Shown one piece after another: positions 17,210-27,310 of a stretch of DNA of 64,000 nt; positions within the stretch are counted from its first letter, which is position 1; every line of letters begins with the position of its first letter. The position numbers and the translations under genes are program-made. The stretch spans positions 608,001 through 672,000 of the forward strand of contig OZ218778.1 of assembly GCA_965112635.1 (NCBI GenBank). The letters run 5' to 3'. Source of the DNA: an uncultured bacterium. GTDB taxonomy: Bacteria > Oederibacteriota > Oederibacteriia > Oederibacteriales > Oederibacteriaceae. The notes under the pieces were generated by a model. It had not been told where the DNA came from, made no database searches, and was given only the letters and a program-made list of their open reading frames with translations.

Positions 17210-18298
17210 ATGGTCACTCCAGAATCTATTTTGAACGCTAAGATCCTCATCGTGGATGACGTGGCTTCCAATGTCCGCCTGCTGGAGGTCATGCTCAAAG
17301 CCGCGGGATATAAAAATTTTAAAAGCCTCACGGACCCCCGGGAAATAGCGTCCCTTTTTGACACCTTCAACCCCGACATCATCCTCCTGGACCTGCAAAT
17401 GCCCTACATGGACGGGTTTCAGGTCATGGAACAGCTGAAAAAGATCAATCCGGCTGACTCCTACCTGCCCATTCTGGTTTTGACAGCCCAAACCGACCAG
17501 GAAACCCGCTTAAAGGCCTTGAATTCTGGGGCCAAGGATTTTCTGGGCAAACCTTTGGAAAACCTGGAAGTGCTTTCCCGTATCCGGAATATGCTGGAGG
17601 TTCGCCTCCTGCACAATGAGATACGCGACCAGAACCAGGTCCTGGAAGAAAAAGTCAGAGAACGCACCAAGGAGCTTCTGGCCTCCCAGCAGGAGATCAT
17701 CAGCCGCTTGGCCCATGCGGTGGAGCGCCGAGATTTCGAGACCGGCCAGCATATCACGCGGATCAGCAATTTTTGTTTTTCCCTGGCCAAATCTGTGGGT
17801 TTTTCCGATGAAGAATGCGCCCTGATCCGTCAGGCCAGTCCCTTGCATGATATTGGCAAGATCGGTATTCCGGACCGGATCCTTTTAAAACCCGACAAGC
17901 TGACCTTTAATGAGTTCGAGGTCATCAAAACCCATACGACCATTGGTGCCGATCTTTTGGCCGGCGGCCGCTATCCGGTCATGCAGATGGCTCAGACCAT
18001 CGCCCTGACCCATCACGAGAAATGGGACGGGTCGGGCTACCCCCAGCATCTCAAGGGAGAGGAGATCCCTTTGACAGGACGCATCATCAGCATTTGCGAT
18101 GTGTTTGATGCCCTGACCACGGAACGGATCTATAAAAAAGCCTGGCCTATCCAGGTCGCCTTGACCGAGATCAAAGCCCAAAAAAACAGGCACTTTGACC
18201 CCAACTTGGTGGACATTTTTGAAAAGATTTTCCCTGAGATCATGGAAAAATATAGGGAATTCTCCGACCTTCCAAAAGCCCCGCAACCGGTCAACTAA
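17210..18298 (+). CDS. Response regulator with HD-GYP c-di-GMP phosphodiesterase domain (RpfG-like)
   Basis: ILIVDD, LLDLQMP, DFLGKP (REC); LHDIGKIGIPD, HHEKWDGSGYP, DVFDALT. Confidence 0.93.
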   Translation: MVTPESILNAKILIVDDVASNVRLLEVMLKAAGYKNFKSLTDPREIASLFDTFNPDIILLDLQMPYMDGFQVMEQLKKINPADSYLPILVLTAQTDQETRLKALNSGAKDFLGKPLENLEVLSRIRNMLEVRLLHNEIRDQNQVLEEKVRERTKELLASQQEIISRLAHAVERRDFETGQHITRISNFCFSLAKSVGFSDEECALIRQASPLHDIGKIGIPDRILLKPDKLTFNEFEVIKTHTTIGADLLAGGRYPVMQMAQTIALTHHEKWDGSGYPQHLKGEEIPLTGRIISICDVFDALTTERIYKKAWPIQVALTEIKAQKNRHFDPNLVDIFEKIFPEIMEKYREFSDLPKAPQPVN

Positions 18299-18384
18299 CA
18301 GTCTGGCAAAGATCGTTCAGTGAACCGGGAATACCTTAGGTACAGCGCTTGCGGACACCCTTAGCGTGTTTGTAGAGGAGTGGG

Positions 18385-20184
18385 TTATGGTTCGTCGGGA
18401 AGATTTCTTTTTATGATAACTTTACTGGGGTCCATAGGCAGGGTAAAAGTAAAAGTGGTCCCTTTGTTCAACCCTTCGCTCTTGAACCAGATCCGGCCCT
18501 TGTGGTTTTCAACCAAACGCTTGGCCAGGACCAGCCCCAGCCCGGTCCCCTGGTAGTGACGGGAATATTCCGAGTCGATCTGCGAGAATTCCTGGAAAAT
18601 TCTGGAAAAATCCTTGCGGTCGATCCCTATGCCGGTATCAATGACAGAAACTGTAATTTCATTTTCATTGAGGCGGGCGGCCTCCAGCCTGATCGACCCT
18701 TCTTCAGGAGTGAACTTGATGGCGTTGGAAAGCAGGTTAAAGAGCACTTGCTTGATCTGTTTTTGGTCCAATTTGATTTCACCCAAGTCATCCTTGAGGT
18801 CAAAGGAGAGGTTGATCCTTTTGTTCGCGGCATTCTGCTGGATCATGGAAAGACAATTTTCCAGGAAAAGCTTGAAATCGACCTCCTCCAAGAACAGCTC
18901 CATCTTTCCGGCTTCCACTTTGGAAATATCCAGCAAGTCATTAATGAGTGAAAGCAGATGTTTCCCATTCTCCAGCACCAGACCCATGAACTCCTTCTGG
19001 CTTTCATTGAGTTTACCGCTGCTTTCCCCCAGAAGAACGTCAGAAAACCCTATGATGGAGTTCAAGGGCGTGCGCAACTCATGAGAGATAGTGGATAGAA
19101 AAATGGTCTTCGCCCGATTGGCCTGCTCCGCGGCCTCTTTGGACCTGAGGATCTCCTGCTCCGCCTGTTTTTGGCGGGTGATATCATAGGAAATGCCGCA
19201 TAAAGCGTTGACCGCTCCGCCCGCACCGAACAGAGGGAATCGCAGGGTCGAGGAGATGCGGATTGCATCTTCATGAGGGGTAGACTCCTCGCTCAATAAC
19301 GGTTCGCCGGACTCCCATACTTTCCTGTCTTCTGCCGTGAATTGATCGGCCAACTCCCTGGGAAAAAGATTATAAGCGGTCTTTCCGATGATGTTCATTT
19401 TTGGCTGGTCAAAATAGATTTCAAAGATCCTGTTCACCAGCAGATACCTGCCCTCCTTGTCCTTCATAAAGATCCTCGCCTGGATATTGTCCAGGATATA
19501 TTGCAGCCGGGATTCGCTCTGGCCCAGCAATTCCTGGGATCGCCGTCTTCGCCTGACATCAAAATTGACCGTCAAATAAACAAAGGCCAGGAAAGCGAAG
19601 TTTAAAACCAACGAAACTACCACGACCAAAAGAACGGTTCTTTTTTCCGAGGCGGTCTTGGTCTCGAGCAAGGCAAGTCGGTGTCGCTGATCGTCCATGA
19701 GGCTGTTGAATAGACGGGTGATTTCATTGTAGGCGGTCTCTTCCCTTTTACCCCGCATCAGGGAGACTGCGCGGGATTGCCCTCTCTTGCTTCTGACCTT
19801 GATCACTTCTCTGAAATAATTCTCTATCGACTTGATCCTGGCTTTGACCTTATCCAGGTCAGCCACGAATGGTCCTTCGGAGGGCGATTCTGCCATCAGA
19901 AGCGCGTTTATTTTTCCTTCTGACTGGCTGAAAGAATTATTAAAAAGGTCCAGAAAATGCTTGTCCCCCGTAAAGATATAGTTCCTGAACCCTTTTTCAC
20001 CGTCCCTGACCAGCATCAAAGTATCCTGGAGGCTAGAGATGGTTTCATAGGATTTCCCCATCGACTGCATATCCTGGAAGTACCGGGATACCCCTATAAA
20101 CCATACGAAGCCTGGGATTAAGATCAATAACAAGAAAAAAATAACGGAATAAAAGATTTTTTTATCATAGAAAATGTTTTTCAC
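18385..20184 (-). CDS. CHASE3-PAS sensor histidine kinase
   Basis: Two TMs; EKGFRNYIFTGD (CHASE3-like); PAS (IFMKDKEGRYLLVN); SHELRTPLNSI, NLLSNAIKFT, DTGIGI, GTGLGL. Confidence 0.92.
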   Translation of the reverse strand: MKNIFYDKKIFYSVIFFLLLILIPGFVWFIGVSRYFQDMQSMGKSYETISSLQDTLMLVRDGEKGFRNYIFTGDKHFLDLFNNSFSQSEGKINALLMAESPSEGPFVADLDKVKARIKSIENYFREVIKVRSKRGQSRAVSLMRGKREETAYNEITRLFNSLMDDQRHRLALLETKTASEKRTVLLVVVVSLVLNFAFLAFVYLTVNFDVRRRRRSQELLGQSESRLQYILDNIQARIFMKDKEGRYLLVNRIFEIYFDQPKMNIIGKTAYNLFPRELADQFTAEDRKVWESGEPLLSEESTPHEDAIRISSTLRFPLFGAGGAVNALCGISYDITRQKQAEQEILRSKEAAEQANRAKTIFLSTISHELRTPLNSIIGFSDVLLGESSGKLNESQKEFMGLVLENGKHLLSLINDLLDISKVEAGKMELFLEEVDFKLFLENCLSMIQQNAANKRINLSFDLKDDLGEIKLDQKQIKQVLFNLLSNAIKFTPEEGSIRLEAARLNENEITVSVIDTGIGIDRKDFSRIFQEFSQIDSEYSRHYQGTGLGLVLAKRLVENHKGRIWFKSEGLNKGTTFTFTLPMDPSKVIIKRNLPDEP

Positions 20185-20213
20185 TAAGACTGTCTCCTCA
20201 AAAGGGAACTAAA

Positions 20214-21977
20214 CTACATCTTCTCCGGGATTTCAATTCCCAGCATGGCCAGGAGCAGCTCGAACTCCTTGAGGCAAAGCTGGACCAGGGCCAGCCAGCT
20301 CGCTTGGAGTTTTGGGTCTGTCTCATGCAGAATATGGCAGTTCTGGTAAAAACGGCTGAACTCCTGGGCTAAGCTGTAGGCGAATTCACATAGATGGTGG
20401 GGTTCACACCGCTCGTAGGTTTCCCTGACCGCGTCAGGGAATTTGGCAGCCAAAAGCATGAGGGCCCGCTCCCGTTCCGTGGGTACCGGCGGCGCTCCGG
20501 GCTTGATCCCTTTTTCCGCCGCTTTTCGCAGGATGGACTTGATCCGCACGGCCGCGTAAAGGTGGTAAGGTCCGGTCTTACCCTCAAAACTGGTAAATTT
20601 TTCCAGGTCGAACACATAATCCGACAAACGGTGGTTGATCAGATCCGCGAATTTCAAAGCTGCCAGGCCGACCTTGACCGCGATCATGTTCTTTTCGTCC
20701 GGTGAATAACCTTCCGCGACCCCGGCCTGTTCCATCTTTTTTTGGGCCTCCTCGGTCGCCATCTGGATAAGGTCTTTGAGCTTCATGACCCCTCCGGACC
20801 TGGTCTTGAACGGTTTGCCGTCCTTGCCGTTGACCGTACCAAAAGCGATATGTTCCAGACGGCACTTTCCCGCGATACCGGTCTTTTGAGCGGCGCTAAA
20901 GACCTGTTCAAAATGAAGGCTCTGCCGTTTATCCACGACATAGAGGATGGCTTCGGCCTTTTGTTCCTGCACCCTCAGCTCCACAGTGGCCAAGTCGGTG
21001 GTCCCGTATAAGTACCCGCCGTCGGACTTAATGAGAATGAGCGGCGGGTTTTCCTCCCTGCCGGGAACTGGGTCCAGGGGCACGACAACGGCCCCCTGGC
21101 TCTGGATGGCTGCGCCTTTGACCTGGAGCCTCTTGAGCATTCCGGGAATATGGTCCTGGTAATAACTCTCTCCCAGCCAAATGTCGAACTCGATCCCCAG
21201 GTCCTTAAAATCCTTTTTCAAGCCTTTCACCGAAACATCGACAAAATGCTGCCAAAGAGCCCGGTAACCCGGCCGGCCCTGCTGCAACTCCATGGTGGCC
21301 AGCCTAGCTTTCTCCATCTCCTGTTCGTTTGCTTCGCACCGGGCCGAAGCCGCCGGGTACATCTCTTCTAGATCTGCTATCGTGACGGGTGAGGTAGCGG
21401 GATAAGGTCCTTTTATGCCCGCATCAAAATAAGGCAGGGCGGGTTGACGGCGCTGGAGTTCACAGATCAGCATTCCCATCTGCGTGCCCCAGTCTCCCAG
21501 ATGGATATCGCTCTTGACCTCATTCCCCATGAAGCGGTGGATCTTTTGCAGGCAATCGCCGATGATGCTGGACCTCAGATGGCCCACATGCATGGCTTTG
21601 GCTACGTTGGGCCCTCCAAAATCCAGGACCACCCGGCTCGGCCGACCGACTTTTTCGCATCCCGTCCGCTCATCGTCCAGCATCACCTTGCACCGTTGGG
21701 CCAAAAAAGCGTCGCTGAGGGAAATGTTGATAAATCCTGGCGGAACTGCTTCCAGCTTGCTGAAGATCTCTTTGGGTTGGACAGCTTGGATCACCTGGGT
21801 GGCGGCGTTCAGGGGACTGACCTTGTGCTTTTTAGCCGCGGCCATGGCGCCGTTGCATTGGAACTGGCATAAGTCCGGCCTCTGGGAGACCCCCACGGCC
21901 CCTAGACCGGGCTCATAACCGCTGGACTCAAAAGCCTTTTCCATGATCTGAGTGAGATGCCTGATGAGAGTAGCCAA
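20214..21977 (-). CDS. argS: Arginyl-tRNA synthetase
   Basis: PNVAKAMHVGHLRS (HIGH), GDWGTQMG, KSDGGYLYGTTDLA, PFKTRSG, C-terminal PEKM. Confidence 0.97.
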   Translation of the reverse strand: MATLIRHLTQIMEKAFESSGYEPGLGAVGVSQRPDLCQFQCNGAMAAAKKHKVSPLNAATQVIQAVQPKEIFSKLEAVPPGFINISLSDAFLAQRCKVMLDDERTGCEKVGRPSRVVLDFGGPNVAKAMHVGHLRSSIIGDCLQKIHRFMGNEVKSDIHLGDWGTQMGMLICELQRRQPALPYFDAGIKGPYPATSPVTIADLEEMYPAASARCEANEQEMEKARLATMELQQGRPGYRALWQHFVDVSVKGLKKDFKDLGIEFDIWLGESYYQDHIPGMLKRLQVKGAAIQSQGAVVVPLDPVPGREENPPLILIKSDGGYLYGTTDLATVELRVQEQKAEAILYVVDKRQSLHFEQVFSAAQKTGIAGKCRLEHIAFGTVNGKDGKPFKTRSGGVMKLKDLIQMATEEAQKKMEQAGVAEGYSPDEKNMIAVKVGLAALKFADLINHRLSDYVFDLEKFTSFEGKTGPYHLYAAVRIKSILRKAAEKGIKPGAPPVPTERERALMLLAAKFPDAVRETYERCEPHHLCEFAYSLAQEFSRFYQNCHILHETDPKLQASWLALVQLCLKEFELLLAMLGIEIPEKM

Positions 21978-22048
21978 CTTCTCTCCTAAGGTGTTGCTTG
22001 GATTGATTTACCATCATACCCCAGACCCCTGGGGCGAGCAAATGAAAC

Positions 22049-22087
22049 AAAAAAGCCCCCTGCCTGTCCAAGGTACAAGCAGGGGGC
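22049..22087 (-). terminator. Rho-independent terminator after fba
   Basis: GCCCCCTGC..GCAGGGGGC stem followed by a T-tract on the minus strand. Confidence 0.75.
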
Positions 22088-22114
22088 CTGAGGTCTCTCT
22101 CTGGCTTTTGAAAA

Positions 22115-23107
22115 CTAACCTTTTCCGGCGCTTCCCAGCACGTTCTCGTTCTTATCCATGATCATCTTGACCAATTCATCCCTGGCGGGCCCGAGATATT
22201 TGCGGGGATCAAATTCCGCGGGTGTTTCTTTGAACACCTTGCGGATGATGGCCGTCATGACCAGTCTGCCGTCAGAGTCGATGTTGATCTTGCAGACCGC
22301 CGACTTGGCTGCCCTTCTGAGCTGTTCCGCGGGGACCCCCACGGCAGCCTTGAGGGCTCCGCCGGTCTCGTTGATGATCTTGACGTAATCCGGCAGGACC
22401 GAACTGGCGCCATGCAAAACGATGGGAAATCCGGGGATCCTTTTTTCTATTTCCTCCAGGATGTCGAAACGCAACGGCGGAGGGACCAGGATGCCGTCTT
22501 TGAGGGTACACTGCTCCGGTTTGAATTTAAAAGCTCCGTGGGAAGTCCCGATGGAGATGGCCAAAGAGTCCACTCCGGTCTTCTTCACGAAATCTTCCAC
22601 CTGCTCCGGCTGGGTGTAGATGGACTTGGCGGCCTGCACGTCGTCCTCGATGCCGGACAGGACCCCCAGTTCCCCTTCCACCGTGACATCGTACTTGTGG
22701 GCGTATTCCATGACCTTGCGGGTCAGCTCAATATTCTTGTCATAAGGATGATGCGACCCGTCGATCATCACTGAAGAAAACCCGCTCTCGATACAGGACA
22801 CGCACAGCTCATAAGTATCTCCGTGGTCCAGGTGCAGCGCCACCGGGTTGGTATAACCCAGCTCAGCGGCCATTTTCATCGCCCCTTCGCCCATATAGCG
22901 CAAAAGGGTGGAGTTGGCGTATTTCCTGGCCCCGCTGGAGATCTGCAGGATCACGGGAGACTTGGATTTGCCGCAGCCGTTGATGATGGACTGCAGCTGC
23001 TCCATGTTGTTGAAATTGTAAGCCGGAACGGCGTACTTGCCTTCCATAGCCTTTTTGAACATTTCCCTGGTGTTCGCGAAACCCAGTTGTTTATAACTGA
23101 CGGCCAT
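22115..23107 (-). CDS. fba: Class II fructose-bisphosphate aldolase
   Basis: LHLDHG, SVMIDGS, VEGELG, GTSHGA, VLHGAS, KINIDSD, FDPRKYL; start at MAVSY. Confidence 0.96.
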   Translation of the reverse strand: MAVSYKQLGFANTREMFKKAMEGKYAVPAYNFNNMEQLQSIINGCGKSKSPVILQISSGARKYANSTLLRYMGEGAMKMAAELGYTNPVALHLDHGDTYELCVSCIESGFSSVMIDGSHHPYDKNIELTRKVMEYAHKYDVTVEGELGVLSGIEDDVQAAKSIYTQPEQVEDFVKKTGVDSLAISIGTSHGAFKFKPEQCTLKDGILVPPPLRFDILEEIEKRIPGFPIVLHGASSVLPDYVKIINETGGALKAAVGVPAEQLRRAAKSAVCKINIDSDGRLVMTAIIRKVFKETPAEFDPRKYLGPARDELVKMIMDKNENVLGSAGKG

Positions 23108-23217
23108 AAGGTTCCCCCTTCTGCGCAACAAATTTAGAATGATTTCTGAAAAAGGTGTTCAACATTATACCTAACAGCCTAAAAAAATCTCTAACATTTT
23201 TTCTCCTGGCCTGGATC

Positions 23218-23931
23218 TCACGCTTTTCCCTGCAGATAAGCCTGCCTCCGCGATTCGGGGAACTTCTCGATGGCATACCGGAGCATGGTGCGCGGCATGG
23301 ATTTGTAATGGACCTTGAGAAATTTTTCCTCCGCTTTGAGGTCCCTGTTCCCGACTTCCCGCAGCATCCAGCCTACCGCCTTTTGAATAAGGTCCTCTTC
23401 ATCACGGACCAGTATTCTGGCCAGCGCCAAGGCGTCCCCGTATTGCTCTCGCTTGATAAAATGGGCCGTGGTGATGATGGCCACGCGGCGCTCCCAAAGG
23501 TTTTTTGAGCGGGCGAGTTTAAATAAAATGTCCTTGGGTCCATTCAATAGATAAGGCCCCAATATCTCATGACACGAAAGATCGATGAGATCCCAGTTGT
23601 TGATATGCCCCTTTTTAAGATATTTAAGATAAATAGGGACGATCTGGCTTTGAACGGAGGGCCCTCCGTCCTCGAACGCGGATACCAATAAAAGCAGGCC
23701 CAACAGTCTTTCCTCGTGGATAGGCGAAGAGATCAATCGCGCGACATCTTTCAGGGCCAAGCCTTTGGCATTTCTGGCGACTTCCCTGATTTGGGGCACC
23801 ACGACCCCGATGAAACGGTCCCCTTCGCCGTACTCCCCCGGACCGGTCTTAAAATACCTCTGCAGCAAGGCGGCCTTGGGGGGATCAGCTTGTTTTCTGA
23901 GCGATTGCCTGGTTTTTTCGAGCGTCATCAT
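23218..23931 (-). CDS. DNA alkylation repair protein (AlkD-like)
   Basis: YFKTGPGEYGEGDRFIGV, NNWDLID, LWERR, IQKAVGWMLRE, MPRTMLRYAIE. Confidence 0.92.
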   Translation of the reverse strand: MMTLEKTRQSLRKQADPPKAALLQRYFKTGPGEYGEGDRFIGVVVPQIREVARNAKGLALKDVARLISSPIHEERLLGLLLLVSAFEDGGPSVQSQIVPIYLKYLKKGHINNWDLIDLSCHEILGPYLLNGPKDILFKLARSKNLWERRVAIITTAHFIKREQYGDALALARILVRDEEDLIQKAVGWMLREVGNRDLKAEEKFLKVHYKSMPRTMLRYAIEKFPESRRQAYLQGKA

Positions 23932-23988
23932 GCGGCTATCCTACTCTGTCCGGTAAAAACCGTAAAGGGGATGTTCGTCAGGGAAGAT

Positions 23989-25470
23989 CTATTTGAATTC
24001 CAGGACCACATCGTTGGAGCTGACGGAATAAAGTTTGTTCTTATAAATATAAAGACCTGTGGCCTTGCTGGTGGTCCTTCTCTGCTCTTGGGTGAGGGGA
24101 GCACTGCCTTCATGCTTTAAAAGATAGAACACCTCTCCCTTAGCGCCCGCGCTTACCGGTCCCTTGACCACGAATTCCACGGTGTGGTTCGCGGCCGAAT
24201 ACCGTCCTCCCTGGCTGAGGTCTCCCGTTTCCAGGAAGTCTGGCACGCTGTCAACGATCTTAAAACCCTTGCGCAGAGTTACTAGGGCCGTCCAATCGAT
24301 CTTATAGACGAGCTGTTGGCCGCCTGCTTCATCAGAAGTGGTAATGGCCACGGATTTACTGAGGGTCAGGGCCGCTGCCACAGACTGAGGGGTGAGCGTG
24401 GCTGTGGGCTGGAGTTTGACCACATTTTCAACAGAGGACACCGGGACGGCCGGGGCCGCTGACTGGCTCAAAGCCGCTGGGGTCTGGGTGTCCGCCGGCA
24501 TGACTGCCGTGGGCTGGGATGCGGACATTGCCGCGGCCACAATGACGGTCGGGATCGTTTCCGGTTTGGACGCGATGGCGGGGACCGGAGTTTGGGTGAA
24601 AATAACCTCATAGGCAACAGCCGGCACCGTGCTTGTCGCTATAGGAACAGAGACCGGAGTTGCCTCCGCATTAGCTTCCTCAACCGGAGTCGCAGTCGCT
24701 TCTGCCTCTGCCACCACAGTGGCCTGGCTGGTCAGAGGAAGATTGAACAATCTCCTGAACAGGGTCTTGGAGCCTGAAACCGGCAGGAATACCTGCTCCG
24801 GGCTGATGGGCCCTGACCCTTTGCTGTTTGGGGTGTTATGTTGAAAGCTGATGCTCGCCGGGTTGCCGGGATTGTTTTGTGCTTGATTATTTGTTGAGGG
24901 TTGGGATTGGCCGGAGTTGTCGTCTGTTTCTCCTTCTTTATGATAACTGATCCCTTCCACCCCTAAAGCTGTTTCCGGATTGACGGGTAAAAGCAGGTTG
25001 GTCCTGGCGATTTGGTAGGCATCGTTCCACCACCCGCTGTCGTCGAAATCCAGATTTTTCCATCCCTTGGGTGGAGGAAGAGCGGTCTCGTTGCTTTTAT
25101 ACCTATACATGGTATGGGAGACATCTTCGTCCCCGCTGGTGAAATAGTATTTGTCGCCGTTATCGAGCATGACGGCGATCACGTAGGCCACGACATCGGG
25201 ACCGTAGGTGTTATCGAAATTGATCGCCAGGATATTGTCAGATTTGAATATGGGGACATCAATCTTGGTTTTATTGACGGATTGCCTGCTGACATAATAA
25301 TAATTTGAAGAAAGGGGATACACCGTGGCAATGTTCACGCCGTTGAGATAAAAGACAGCCCGGCCTCCCGCAGAGGCTAAAATATTGGCTGAACGAACTT
25401 GGGCCGCATAGGTTCCTAAGGGTAGGAAACAAAACGAAAGTAAAAACACCCATAAAAAGGTTTTACGCAT
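23989..25470 (-). CDS. Secreted protein: lectin/galactose-binding-like domain, Pro/Thr/Ala linker, DUF11-like C-terminal domain
   Basis: Signal peptide from MRKTF (GGAG SD); FYLNG..GWKNLDFDDSGW..FRRLF; LTLSKSV..LVYKI..IVDSVP. Confidence 0.55.
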   Translation of the reverse strand: MRKTFLWVFLLSFCFLPLGTYAAQVRSANILASAGGRAVFYLNGVNIATVYPLSSNYYYVSRQSVNKTKIDVPIFKSDNILAINFDNTYGPDVVAYVIAVMLDNGDKYYFTSGDEDVSHTMYRYKSNETALPPPKGWKNLDFDDSGWWNDAYQIARTNLLLPVNPETALGVEGISYHKEGETDDNSGQSQPSTNNQAQNNPGNPASISFQHNTPNSKGSGPISPEQVFLPVSGSKTLFRRLFNLPLTSQATVVAEAEATATPVEEANAEATPVSVPIATSTVPAVAYEVIFTQTPVPAIASKPETIPTVIVAAAMSASQPTAVMPADTQTPAALSQSAAPAVPVSSVENVVKLQPTATLTPQSVAAALTLSKSVAITTSDEAGGQQLVYKIDWTALVTLRKGFKIVDSVPDFLETGDLSQGGRYSAANHTVEFVVKGPVSAGAKGEVFYLLKHEGSAPLTQEQRRTTSKATGLYIYKNKLYSVSSNDVVLEFK

Positions 25471-25688
25471 GACCCACTCCTTCAGGCCGGCAGGCCAAGG
25501 GAAGATTTGATGCGGCCAAACAGACCGGCCCACGTCTTTTTCGACAACTTTAATCTTATGTCTATGAACGGTCAAGGCAAATTTGTCAAAATGAATCGGC
25601 AAAATGATATGTTTTCACCCTGCCCTCTGCCGGATGATTTTTAAAAAAACAAATGCTATCCTGTTGTCATGGAAGAAAGGTTTTGCCC

Positions 25689-26438
25689 ATGAAACTAAAA
25701 TCTTTTTGTTCCGCTTTCGCCTGTATCTTCTTTATCAACCTGGCTATCCCAGCCCATGCCGGAAGCCGGGATGGCAAAATAGGTTTGACCGCGATTTTCG
25801 GCTCTTCAGCGCTCAATTTTCAGGACATCAATAACAACTATCTGCAAGATACGGGATATAGCATCCCCACCGGCTACCAGTGGGGCGGCGAAATATCCTA
25901 CGGCTTCTCAAAAAATATTGTGGGATTTTTGGGGGCCGATTATATGACTGCCAGCACGGCCTATACTCAGGTTTTTATCGACAATTTAGGCGACACCCTC
26001 ACTTACAACGGCACGCTTTCCTTGCCCGTCATGTCCTTGGGATTCGGGGGTTATTATGTCGTGCCTGATTTAGGCGAAAACCTGGATGTCAAGGTGGGTT
26101 TCAGGGCAAGTTACGATTTTCTGAACAGTGCCAGCGACTCAGGGACCTTTACCTTTGCCGATTCAAATGGCAATGCTTTGGAGCCTCCCACCCCTTCTAC
26201 CTTGAACTTTTCCGGTGACACTTTTGGCATAGAGTTCCTTGCCGGGTTTGACTGCTTCCTGCTTCCCTGTCTTTCCGTGGGCATGGATGTGGGATACCGC
26301 TTATCCAAAATAGGCACCGTGACCTTTGAGGACCCGGACTCCGGCCAGACCGCCACGCTCCAGGATACCAACGGCAATAATATTGGAGTGGATCTAAGCG
26401 GCGCCCTGATGAGATTCAACACCAGCCTGTACTTCTAA
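25689..26438 (+). CDS. Small outer-membrane beta-barrel protein
   Basis: Signal peptide (AHA), alternating aromatic/Gly strands, C-terminal LYF. Confidence 0.7.
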   Translation: MKLKSFCSAFACIFFINLAIPAHAGSRDGKIGLTAIFGSSALNFQDINNNYLQDTGYSIPTGYQWGGEISYGFSKNIVGFLGADYMTASTAYTQVFIDNLGDTLTYNGTLSLPVMSLGFGGYYVVPDLGENLDVKVGFRASYDFLNSASDSGTFTFADSNGNALEPPTPSTLNFSGDTFGIEFLAGFDCFLLPCLSVGMDVGYRLSKIGTVTFEDPDSGQTATLQDTNGNNIGVDLSGALMRFNTSLYF

Positions 26439-26441
26439 AAA

Positions 26442-26861
26442 CTACCTCTTGGCCCACATCACCAGCATGGCGCCGGCAATATAGGCAGCCACCCACCAGC
26501 CATAAGCTCCGAGAGAATAAAAATGCAGGTTGTTCGGTATCCTGGCCTCTTTACCGTTCTTTCTGCGGAACTGCCTCAGCCAGAATATATCCACCAGCAT
26601 CACGGTCAGGGCTGAATAGCCCAATAAGCCGTGCAAGGTAATGGGAATACGGTGCGAACCCAATATCATCAGGCAGGTAGCGGACAGGTCCAGGAATATG
26701 CCCGTCAGATAAAAACTCATGACCTTGCCGGTCACTGCCCTGCTCCTGCTCTCCAAAATAATTGCTATGGTATAGGAGATTAGGGCCAGGTTGACCACGC
26801 TCATACCCGCGATCAGCAAAGGATTAAGCACTGATAACCTTTCTTTCTTTGAGCGGCTCAA
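26442..26861 (-). CDS. Four-TM membrane protein (HsmA-like)
   Basis: LALISYTIA..GIFLDLSAT..HGLLG..YSLGAYGWWVAAY pattern; start may be GTG 26831. Confidence 0.6.
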   Translation of the reverse strand: MSRSKKERLSVLNPLLIAGMSVVNLALISYTIAIILESRSRAVTGKVMSFYLTGIFLDLSATCLMILGSHRIPITLHGLLGYSALTVMLVDIFWLRQFRRKNGKEARIPNNLHFYSLGAYGWWVAAYIAGAMLVMWAKR

Positions 26862-27310
26862 TCATTCCAGCTGTTCCCCGTATAAATTTTTCCCAAAATT
26901 CCTTTTTTCAATTTGGGCAGGAGTGTTTTCAGGAACACCGGATAAATGGTCAGGCGTTTCAGCTCCGTTAGGGGAATAAATTTTACTTCTCTTAGGATGC
27001 CGGTCTCTGCCCTGACCGCCTTGCCGCTGGTGATGCTCGCCTGGAAAACAACATTGAGGATATGCCGGCGCCGGTCAGCCGGGATGGAATCGTGGACCAG
27101 GACCAGCTTTTGGACCTTTATTTTTAGCCGTGTTTCTTCCCAAATCTCCCGTTGGACTGCCTGCGAGAGCGTCTCCCCATACTCCACTCCGCCTCCGGGC
27201 AGGAGCCAGTACTCCCTTCCCTTTTTCCTGTGTTTGACCAGCAAAACTTGGTTGCCTCGGAAAATTGCCGCCGCGGCCCGCAAACGGGGATGGCGCTTAC
27301 TGTGCCTCAT
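26858..27310 (-). CDS. NUDIX hydrolase
   Basis: LPGGGVEYGETLSQAVQREIWEET Nudix box. Confidence 0.9.
   Translation of the reverse strand: MRHSKRHPRLRAAAAIFRGNQVLLVKHRKKGREYWLLPGGGVEYGETLSQAVQREIWEETRLKIKVQKLVLVHDSIPADRRRHILNVVFQASITSGKAVRAETGILREVKFIPLTELKRLTIYPVFLKTLLPKLKKGILGKIYTGNSWND

Noticed and set aside
18296-18387. Further copy of the 48-bp element (TAACAGTCTG..)
   Set aside because: Only a left-end resemblance; no matching right arm.
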